Of a stretch of DNA of 64,000 nucleotides, positions 19,572-27,404 are shown piece by piece. A model generated the notes under the pieces. That model had not been told where the DNA came from. It made no database searches and saw nothing but the letters and a program-made list of their open reading frames with translations. The DNA is taken from positions 384,001 through 448,000 of the forward strand of contig OZ244999.1 in the NCBI GenBank assembly GCA_965223265.1. Reading direction: 5' to 3'. A program made the translations under genes and the position numbers. This stretch comes from Planctomycetota bacterium (GTDB taxonomy: Bacteria; Planctomycetota; UBA8108; SXIK01). Numbering within the stretch: the stretch's first letter is position 1; each line of letters opens with the position of its first letter.

Positions 19572-20165
19572 AGGCAGCAAGGGCATTTGCTGCCCAGCCG
19601 CCAAACGAGACGCTTCGCGTGCGGACTCGTTGCCGCTCGCGGGCCCCTCCCTGCCGCGCAGGCCTCCCACCCTACAACTGACCTTCGCTGGGCGCAGAGA
19701 ACGATTGACCTCGCTGCGCTCGGGCGGCGACCACGTTCGCCTCTCTTGACTTTTTGGCCTTCTCATGGAAGGCAGCAAGGGCATTTGCTGCCCAGCCGCC
19801 AAACGAGACGCTTCGCGTGCGGACTCGTTGCCGCTCGCGGGCCCCTCCCTGCCGCGCAGGCCTCCCACCCTACAACTGACCTTCGCTGGGCGCAGAGAAC
19901 GATTGACCTCGCTGCGCTCGGGCGGCGACCACGTTCGCCTCTCTTGACTTTTTGGCCTTCTCATGGAAGGCAGCAAGGGCATTTGCTGCCCAGCCGCCAA
20001 ACGAGACGCTTCGCGTGCGGACTCGTTGCCGCTCGCGGGCCCCTCCCTGCCGCGCAGGCCTCCCACCCTACAACTGACCTTCGCTGGGCGCAGAGAACGA
20101 TTGACCTCGCTGCGCTCGGGCGGCGACCACGTTCGCCTCTCTTGACTTTTTGGCCTTCTCATGGA
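19572..20165 (+). repeat. Three identical tandem 198-bp copies of the IS right end
   Basis: Units 19572-19769, 19770-19967 and 19968-20165, each ending TTGACTTTTTGGCCTTCTCATGGA. Confidence 0.97.
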
Positions 20166-20442
20166 AGGCGGAGACAGAGACGGAGGCGGAGACAACAGAC
20201 CGCCCACGCCCACGCCCACGCCCACGCCCACGCAAACGCCCACGCCCACGCCCACGCAAACGCAAACGCAAACGCAAACGCAAACGCAAACGCAAACGCA
20301 AACGCAAACGCAAACGCAAACGCAAACGCAAACGCAAACGCAAACGCAAACGGGCGCCGGGGTCGGCGGCGGCGATCGAGCCAACGGCAGAGAAGAACTC
20401 TGCTGCTGCGGGCGTTCGTGCGGCGGCGGTTTTGTCGATCGT

Positions 20443-20521
20443 AACGGAAGCCCAGCCGGCCTCAAGGGTGCCCTCGCTGCGCTCGGCGCTTTGCGCCCTT
20501 GACCCCGGCTGGGCTTCCGTT
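20443..20521. repeat. REP-like palindrome
   Basis: 17-bp perfect IR AACGGAAGCCCAGCCGG/CCGGCTGGGCTTCCGTT, inner stem TCAAGGGTGC/GCGCCCTTGA, central CCTCGCTGCGCTCGG. Confidence 0.75.
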
Positions 20522-20588
20522 GGTGGGGGTGAAACGCCGCCGCGTCGGGCGTCGGCGACAGATCACTGGGCCGTTACCGGAGTCACAC

Positions 20589-20912
20589 ATGGGCTTTCTT
20601 GCTCTGGATCACACTTTTGGCATCGTTCGACAGCTGCGTCCCCTCGTCGCGAGCATCCGTCGTCACGACTCGAAGCTTGCCGCTCAGCTGCGCGATGCCG
20701 GTTCGTCGGTGGCACTCAACCTTGGCGAGGGGAATCGGCGTCAGGGCCGTGACCGCGGGCATCTTTGGCGCATTGCTTCGGGCAGCGCCGAAGAGGTGCG
20801 CACGGCGCTCAAGGTTGCTGAGGCGTGGGGCTACCTCGATGCAGAACAGACCGACACGGTACTTGCGGACATCGATGCGCTACAAGCGATGCTCTGGAAA
20901 CTGACACGCTGA
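20589..20912 (+). CDS. Four-helix-bundle protein (23S rRNA IVP/TIGR02436, Avd-like), 107 aa
   Basis: LAAQLRDAGSSVALNLGEGNRR...IASGSAEEV...A.AWGYL motif. GGAG RBS before ATG 20589. Confidence 0.88.
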   Translation: MGFLALDHTFGIVRQLRPLVASIRRHDSKLAAQLRDAGSSVALNLGEGNRRQGRDRGHLWRIASGSAEEVRTALKVAEAWGYLDAEQTDTVLADIDALQAMLWKLTR

Positions 20913-20925
20913 CGCGGAGTCTCGG

Positions 20926-20954
20926 CCCGCCGCGCTATTTGGCGCGGCGGGTTT
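20926..20954 (+). terminator. Terminator-like hairpin after the four-helix-bundle gene
   Basis: 10-bp stem CCCGCCGCGC/GCGCGGCGGG followed by TTT. Confidence 0.55.
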
Positions 20955-21178
20955 GACGAGGAGGCAGATACAGATACTGAGTCAGAAGCAGAGTACCGGC
21001 ACGCCCACGCCCACCAAACGCCCACGCCCACGCCCACGCCCACGCCCACGCCCACGCAAACGCCCACGCCCACGCAAACGCCCACGCCCACGCAAACGCC
21101 CACGCCCACGCCCACGCCCACGCCCACGCAAACGCAAACGCAAACGCAAACGCAAACGCAAACGCAAACGCAAACGCC
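20955..21178 (+). repeat. Bipartite hexamer repeat module (copy 4)
   Basis: GAGGCA GATACA GATACT GAGTCA GAAGCA GAGTAC, a CGGC linker, then about 29 ACGCCC/ACGCAA units (21001-21178). Confidence 0.95.
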
Positions 21179-21339
21179 GAGCAGCGTCAAGAACGCCGAG
21201 GTACCTCTCAAAAGCTCCGTCACGGCGCTGTCCCGCTGCCCCAGTCTCTCTTCGCATCGTCGGAGTCGGTTCGCAGTCCGAGGCGAAGGCGCGCGTCACT
21301 TAGCGCGTGCGCACCGTGCGAACTCATGAGGCACGCGGC

Positions 21340-22920
21340 TCACTCCTCTGCGTCCGCGCCTTGGAGTACCCAACTGCGGATTAGATGCATGATGTCGTCG
21401 TCGAGATAGGGGGGACCGTCGAGTGGCATGCGTCCGCCTTCGCCGTCGACCTCGGGGAGTCCTTGCGTCCCGTCGAGCTTGTGAATCATGTAGCTGCGCT
21501 CAGGGAAGAACGGACGCACCAGAATCGGAGCGATCGACGTGATGCCGGGCTCAGCCGCGAAAATGTTGACGTAGTTGCGCCAAACCTCCTGCGGCGATTT
21601 CGCCGGGTCGACGAGCTCGAGGCCTTTGAAGGCGTTAGAGCCCTCGTGGCATCCAGAGCAGTTTTCGTTCCACACCGATTGGATGGACGCAGCGTAGGGC
21701 ACTTTGACCTCGAGTGGGAAGAGGCGTTCCGCGCCGCCGACCGAGATCGTCAAGACGGTGTTGCCGAGCGCTGGAAGGTCGGCCTCGGAGGTGAACGACG
21801 CGACGAACGTGTTCTGTTCGACGTCGGTGAAGAGATCGCTGAGATCGCTGCTTGTGCCGATCGGGACATCGGCCGTGACGACCAATTCGTCGATGGGGGG
21901 AGTCGCCTCAGGTTGCCTGCCGTTGGGGCACGCCTCAACGACAAGGAGGAACGATTCACCCGACGCGACGCGGGCGTTTCCCGTTCCTTCATTGTGGGCA
22001 CGGGGCGCGCGCTGCAATTCGCCTGCGGGTTCGATCCAAGCAAACAGATCAGGTGCTGTGGTCGAAGCGACATCTACCGTCAGAGTGACTGCGGCTGACA
22101 CGGCGCAGGTCGTGTCCGTGACGGTCGCGGTGAAGACATAGGTTCCGGATGCTGGTGCCAGTGGTCCATCCCCTGCGATGCGCAGTGCAGCGTGCGCGTC
22201 CAGATAGATCGGGTCCTCCCAAAGATCCAAGTCCGACAGGAAGTGAAGCGCTAAGTTCTCGCCCGCAGCAACACCTCCTGCGCTCGGATCACCAAGGTCT
22301 CGATCGCAGACGACGTGAAGTGTCGTTGAGTTCCCGACCGACGCGTCGCCGGCAGCTGCAAGTTCGACGGGAGCGCGGCTCAGTTCATTGGCGGCGGCTT
22401 GAACGAGAAGGCTCCAAGACTCGCCGGCGCCAATCTGAAAAGTATCGCCTAGTCGGGGGAGCGTCACACGGGTTCGTTCGCGCACGCCCGGGGCTGGCGC
22501 GTAGGTGGCGGTGAGCTCGAGGCGCGGTGGAAACGGGGGCGGCTCGAGCGACTGCATACAGTCCAGCGCATCGCTCGTTGGGTCCTCTCCACCGCAAGAG
22601 TCAGGCCCCGGTGACGGTGGGGGAGGCCCGGCACCGAAGAGGTGGATCAAGAGATAGATGGGGTCCGAGACGTCGAACGCGCCGTCGTCGTTGGTGTCGG
22701 CGGCATCGAGGCAGGGGGGCTGAGGTGTGTTGAGAAAGAGCGCGCCGAGGCCGAACGTGGCATCCGCGAGGTCGACGGCATCGTCGGCGTTGACGTCGCC
22801 GCGAACGAACAGTGGGCCCGCAGCCTCCAATTCGGGACCAGGTGCCACCGCAACGAGTAAGCACGCAGTCACAAAGGAATTGACATTCGGTGACAACAGA
22901 TTTGTTAAGCGCGTTTTCAT
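21340..22920 (-). CDS. Exported protein with an N-terminal dockerin-like module and a C-terminal c-type cytochrome domain
   Basis: FVRGDVNADDAVDLAD...CLDAADTNDDG..DVSDPI, CSGCH heme motif, distal RMP. The ATG at 22920 avoids overlap with the divergent gene. Confidence 0.75.
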   Translation of the reverse strand: MKTRLTNLLSPNVNSFVTACLLVAVAPGPELEAAGPLFVRGDVNADDAVDLADATFGLGALFLNTPQPPCLDAADTNDDGAFDVSDPIYLLIHLFGAGPPPPSPGPDSCGGEDPTSDALDCMQSLEPPPFPPRLELTATYAPAPGVRERTRVTLPRLGDTFQIGAGESWSLLVQAAANELSRAPVELAAAGDASVGNSTTLHVVCDRDLGDPSAGGVAAGENLALHFLSDLDLWEDPIYLDAHAALRIAGDGPLAPASGTYVFTATVTDTTCAVSAAVTLTVDVASTTAPDLFAWIEPAGELQRAPRAHNEGTGNARVASGESFLLVVEACPNGRQPEATPPIDELVVTADVPIGTSSDLSDLFTDVEQNTFVASFTSEADLPALGNTVLTISVGGAERLFPLEVKVPYAASIQSVWNENCSGCHEGSNAFKGLELVDPAKSPQEVWRNYVNIFAAEPGITSIAPILVRPFFPERSYMIHKLDGTQGLPEVDGEGGRMPLDGPPYLDDDIMHLIRSWVLQGADAEE

Positions 22921-23245
22921 CCCGGGGGCTCTGGCGCTCTCTGGCGTGAGCTGCGACAATGACACGTTGAATAGCGGATCTCCCGCTAATTTTAGCAAAT
23001 CCCCTGCCGCGGGCGCTGGCGAATCGGCGAGACACGGTTCTGTTGGGTGCGGCACGCCGACTTGCGGAACGCAGTTTGCTTGGGACATGTTGGCGTTCGG
23101 CGGTCCGACTGGCCGGCTCACACCCGGTCGGGTAGCATTTTGGTCGCCCAAAGGCGGCGAGTCGTTGTGGCCGTCGCGAGCGTTTTTCGATGCAGGGGGG
23201 GGATGAAGCCCGTCTCCCTGGTTTTCCGATCCCCACTTTGGGAGC

Positions 23246-25687
23246 ATGCCGATGAGAGTGATGTACAGGCCCGCAGGCCTCACAATCATCCTGTGCGTCG
23301 GGTTCTGGCTGGCAAGTTCGGCCGCGTTCGCCGACGATTTTTTTCGTCGCACGCAGTTTCGGCGTGCTGACTCCAACACCGACGGCGCGGTGGACATCTC
23401 GGACTCGCTATTCACTCTCAACTCGCTTTTCGTCACCGATGAGCCGGCGAGGTGTCTCGAGGCGATGGACGCCAACGATGACGACTTCGTTGACGTATCG
23501 GATCCCATTTTCACGCTCAACTATCTGTTTGTCGGTGGTTCAGCGACGCCGCCTGCACCCGGCCCGAATGAGTGCGGTGCGGCGAGTCAGGAGCTCGCGT
23601 TAGGATGCGACGAATATGAGCTTTGTCCTGACGACACGACGCTCATCTTTCATGTTCTTAGCCGCATCACGTTTGGGCCTACCGAAGAGTTGATGACGGA
23701 GATTCAGACGCGCGATGATCTGCTCGACTACATCGATGAACAGCTCAATCCTCCGGAGAACTACGATCCCACCGTCCATGAGCCGGAGTTGCAGGAGCGT
23801 ATCGATGCGCTGGAGATCGGTTTCGTCGAAGGTGATACGGCACGGGCTCCGGTACAGCGACTCAAGAGCATGCTTATCGAGAACGCGGTGCATAGTCGCT
23901 GGCAGCTCTTGCACGTTGTCTCTCAGTTTTGGAACAATCATTTTCATACGAACGTGGGTTCGCTGAGCGATATGTTCTTTCGGCGCAACGGCCGCGGTGG
24001 GGCGGCCTCACGCGGCAACGCGGAGTTCTTCGCCGTAGCCGATAGTGACGTTTCGGGGTTTATCGATGAGGCGGAGTGGATCGCATTTCGTGCCGAGCAC
24101 CCAAGCTTGATCGAGTTCGCCGCGTTCGGGCGCCGCGTCTCCGACGACAATCTGCTCAGCTTCGACGAATTCAACAACACCGCCATCGCTTTCTGGAAGT
24201 ACGGGCGCGGCTTCGAGGGATTGGCGGTCGCGTCGGATATGGAGAAACGTGAGTACGACCTCTATCGACGTCTCTCGTTTGGAAGCTTTGGAGATCTGTT
24301 GGAGGCGTGCATGAAGAGCGTCGCCATGCTGATCTACCTGAACGGTTTTGAGAACACCGCGGCCGAGCCGAACGAGAATCTCAGCCGCGAGTTCTTCGAG
24401 CTCCACGGCGCGGGCGTCGATCACATTTACACGCAGCGAGATATCGAAGAGCTTTCGCGCGTGTTGACCGCATGGACCGCGGATTGGGTCGAACGGGCTC
24501 AGTTCGATCCCAATGACTTGAACTTCCAGGGTCATCCCACAGCGGAGCGTTTCCGCATCAATTTTCGCGCTCCGCGTCCCTTCAATTTTCCAACGCAGGA
24601 GAACTGGGACGACACTGTTTACACGTGGGCGTTCGTGTTTGGCAACGGCGGCGCGTTCGGCAATCAGGCTGACTTTGGTCACGACTGGAACCGCAAAGAT
24701 CTCTTCTTACAGCGCTACGGCGGAGTGGACTCCCTCGGCAATCCGCCCGACCCGTCGCTCGCCTTGACGATTCCGGCGAACCTCTCGGACCACACGGCCG
24801 AGGCCGCATTGGCGGAGTTTGACCTCGTGCTCGGGCGCGTCGTGAGCTTTCGCGACACGGCCAAGTTCATCTCGACGAAGTTGATTCAGCTCTTCGTGAC
24901 GGACGATCTCGCCGAACTCAAGAAAACTTACCCGATGCCCGCAGACTTGCAGGTGGCCTTCGACTCGGTCGACAGCGACGGCGACGGTGCGATTGAGCTT
25001 TCGGAGTGGGAGGAGCCGATACCTCTGGTGCTACCGAATGGGCGGCCACGCGAGATCTTTGATCGCATCGATGAAAACGGCAATCAGCGCATCTCTCCGC
25101 TCGAGTACCAGGAGCCGGACTTGCTGCTCGACGCGATCGATACCTGGCGCGCGACCGGCGGTGACATGCGCGAAGTGATTCGCGGTATTCTCCTCTCCGA
25201 AGAGTTCTTCAGCCTCGACTTCTACCGTGCCAAGGTGAAGACGCCGTTCGAGTCTGTTGTCAGTAGCGCCCGCGCACTCGAAGGAGAGTTTCCGGTGGAT
25301 CGGCTGATCGTGACCGTCGAGGATCTTACCATTGCCGGTATGGAACTGTTCGACTTTGGCGATCCCACGGGCGAATCGGAACTCGGGTTTGACCTTATGC
25401 ACACGATTGGGCTCTTGGAGCGTCTCAAGTTCCTCAATCGCGCCGCCAATCCGGCAACGAATAACGAGTCACGTTTTTCGTGGAACCCGCTGGAGCCAGT
25501 CTTCGAGTGGCAGCTCGGATCCGCCGAGTCGATCGTCGACTTCTTCGCTCTATTGCTTCACGGCGCCGACATACTCGATGCGCATCGCGAGCTGACTATT
25601 CAAGCGATGACAACAGCCGGCAGTGGAACCGCAATCCAGCGTGGCATCGCGTTTCTTCTCAGTCTGCCGCAGTTCCATAAGCAATGA
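23246..25687 (+). CDS. DUF1800-family protein with a dockerin-like N-terminus and EF-hand insertions
   Basis: FRRADSNTDG..DISD dockerin-like module. SRITFGPT, FWNNHF, AMLIYLN, PNENLSRE..EL, KVKTPFE, LPQFHKQ. EF-hand loops DSDGDGAIELSEW and DENGNQRISPLEY. Confidence 0.8.
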   Translation: MPMRVMYRPAGLTIILCVGFWLASSAAFADDFFRRTQFRRADSNTDGAVDISDSLFTLNSLFVTDEPARCLEAMDANDDDFVDVSDPIFTLNYLFVGGSATPPAPGPNECGAASQELALGCDEYELCPDDTTLIFHVLSRITFGPTEELMTEIQTRDDLLDYIDEQLNPPENYDPTVHEPELQERIDALEIGFVEGDTARAPVQRLKSMLIENAVHSRWQLLHVVSQFWNNHFHTNVGSLSDMFFRRNGRGGAASRGNAEFFAVADSDVSGFIDEAEWIAFRAEHPSLIEFAAFGRRVSDDNLLSFDEFNNTAIAFWKYGRGFEGLAVASDMEKREYDLYRRLSFGSFGDLLEACMKSVAMLIYLNGFENTAAEPNENLSREFFELHGAGVDHIYTQRDIEELSRVLTAWTADWVERAQFDPNDLNFQGHPTAERFRINFRAPRPFNFPTQENWDDTVYTWAFVFGNGGAFGNQADFGHDWNRKDLFLQRYGGVDSLGNPPDPSLALTIPANLSDHTAEAALAEFDLVLGRVVSFRDTAKFISTKLIQLFVTDDLAELKKTYPMPADLQVAFDSVDSDGDGAIELSEWEEPIPLVLPNGRPREIFDRIDENGNQRISPLEYQEPDLLLDAIDTWRATGGDMREVIRGILLSEEFFSLDFYRAKVKTPFESVVSSARALEGEFPVDRLIVTVEDLTIAGMELFDFGDPTGESELGFDLMHTIGLLERLKFLNRAANPATNNESRFSWNPLEPVFEWQLGSAESIVDFFALLLHGADILDAHRELTIQAMTTAGSGTAIQRGIAFLLSLPQFHKQ

Positions 25688-25759
25688 GCTGTGGAGGAAT
25701 CATCGTGCAGCACCTACGTGCGTGTGAACAGTACAGAACCTTGAGCATCGGACGGAACC

Positions 25760-27205
25760 ATGAAATCTCGTAACCGTCGACGTGACTTCCTCAAGTGGAG
25801 CGCTGCTTCTCTTGCTGCCGCGGGTGGATTGGGGATGCCTGCGTTCCTGCGCAGACTGTCGGCAGCACCAAGCCTCAACGGCAAGAAGGTGCTCTGCATC
25901 TTTTGTCGCGGCGGCATGGACGGCGTGCAGGCCGTGATCCCGTATGGCGACCAGGGCATTCCGGGGGCCGCTTTGACGTACGAAGAGGCGCGACCAGACC
26001 TGCGCCCTGATCGTACCGCGACCCATGATTTGAACGGGTTCTGTAGTCTTTTCCCCACGATGCAAGGACCCGGTGCGGCGGACCCCAAACTCGCGGATAT
26101 CTTCCGCGGCACCTTCGACGAGCGCGGGCCGCAGCTCGCCGTGCTGCACCGTATCGGCTACGAGGATCAAAATAGGTCACACTTTTCGAGTCAGCAATTT
26201 TACGAGAACGCATCGCCTGGAAACCTTCAGCTGGAGGAGGGGTTCTTCAATCGCTATCTGACCCGTTATCCAGACGCAGACGCGCCAATCCAAGCTGCGA
26301 CGCTGAACACCAGCCAAATGGTTCTGCTCAAAGGGCAGACTCTCGTCCCTGTTCTGCGCTCGATCGATGACTTCGCTCTGCCGGGAAACGTCGGCCTGGG
26401 CACGGCGCCGACGCCGGAAGACCCACTCGGAGTCGGTCTCAAGGGCGCGTACGGCCAAGCTGGGTTCGATCCCGCGATCTCTTACGAATCCCTGACCTAC
26501 TCCACCGGCAGCACGTTACTCGAGAACCTGCAGTTCTTCGAAGAAAACGTGCGGCAAGCGCCCTACGAGCCTGAGCCAGGCGCGCAGGAGCTCTACGACT
26601 CGATCGCCGACAGGAATTTTCGCAGTTTCATTCGCGACTGTGCACAGCTGCTCAAACAGGTCGACGGAGTGCGTGTCGTCGGGTGCAATCAAAACGGGTA
26701 TGACACGCACGGCAACGAAAACGTCGCATTCCCGGCTTTGGTTGGCGATCTGGCGAAGGCGCTGACGGCTCTCTATATCGACCTGAAACCGATTTGGGAA
26801 GACATCCTCGTAATGACTCTAACGGAGTTTGGCCGCACGTCGCTGCAAAACGCGAATCGTGGGACCGACCATGCGGAAGCCTGCTGCAGCTTCGCTATGG
26901 GAGGAGGCGTGGTAGGAAACGTGTACAACTGTGATTCTAGCACGTGGGCCAATGGCGACCTCTTCTCGACTTCGAACGGCCGCTACGTCGCCCATCGGAC
27001 GGACTTTCGCGCGATCTACCACGAGGTCTTGACTCGCCATCTGAGCGATCCCGACGGCGCCATCGATGAGATCATTCCGGGGTACTCGGGTCTCGTCAGT
27101 GCAGACACAAGCGGCTACTTCACGCCGCTAAATTTTCTGAGCAACAGCGCCCCGCCGCCGGTTGACCGGCCGATCGAGGGTGAGCTCAGGCCGCGGCAGC
27201 TCTGA
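25760..27205 (+). CDS. DUF1501-family Tat-exported protein
   Basis: RRRDFLK, IFCRGGMDG, NRSHF, GYDTH, TEFGRT...N...GTDH, TDFRAIY. Confidence 0.85.
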   Translation: MKSRNRRRDFLKWSAASLAAAGGLGMPAFLRRLSAAPSLNGKKVLCIFCRGGMDGVQAVIPYGDQGIPGAALTYEEARPDLRPDRTATHDLNGFCSLFPTMQGPGAADPKLADIFRGTFDERGPQLAVLHRIGYEDQNRSHFSSQQFYENASPGNLQLEEGFFNRYLTRYPDADAPIQAATLNTSQMVLLKGQTLVPVLRSIDDFALPGNVGLGTAPTPEDPLGVGLKGAYGQAGFDPAISYESLTYSTGSTLLENLQFFEENVRQAPYEPEPGAQELYDSIADRNFRSFIRDCAQLLKQVDGVRVVGCNQNGYDTHGNENVAFPALVGDLAKALTALYIDLKPIWEDILVMTLTEFGRTSLQNANRGTDHAEACCSFAMGGGVVGNVYNCDSSTWANGDLFSTSNGRYVAHRTDFRAIYHEVLTRHLSDPDGAIDEIIPGYSGLVSADTSGYFTPLNFLSNSAPPPVDRPIEGELRPRQL

Positions 27206-27404
27206 CCGTCGCGAGCGGCAGGATCATCTACTGTTGCGCGAATTGGATCAATGCTCGCGCTGAGGGCGCCGGCTCGCTACAGTTAGGGACCTTTCAGCGC
27301 CGAAGACGATGTCCGGCTCGGCGTTGATTTAACCTGCTGTTCCGATAAGCCGCTACGTTGGTGTAGTGCTTATCGTCCAGGCATAACTGTGTGAGCGCGA
27401 GTAG

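Larger units (their letters stand above)
18104..20167 (+). mobile_element. IS110-family, IS1111-type insertion sequence
   Basis: 12-bp subterminal IRs ATGAGAAGGCCA (18111-18122) and TGGCCTTCTCAT (20151-20162). AG core at both ends. Long right non-coding end. Removing the element restores the hexamer repeat exactly. Confidence 0.9.
18085..20352 (+). repeat. Bipartite hexamer repeat module (copy 3), split by the IS110 element
   Basis: GAGGCG GAGACA GAGACG GAG at 18085-18105 continues as GCG GAGACA GAGACG GAGGCG GAGACA at 20168-20194, followed by 24 ACGCCC/ACGCAA units (20206-20349). Confidence 0.9.

Noticed and set aside
19572-20165. CRISPR array or bridge-RNA array
   Set aside because: The units are identical 198-mers with no variable spacers and no cas genes. 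The predicted guide loops lie upstream of the repeated part.
20589-20912. Diversity-generating retroelement or 23S rRNA intervening sequence
   Set aside because: No reverse transcriptase, no TR/VR pair and no rRNA sequence in the window
22921-23520. Long N-terminal extension of the 726-aa ORF overlapping the DUF1800 gene
   Set aside because: Antisense shadow. The ATG at 22920 gives a signal-like N-terminus and a normal divergent gap.
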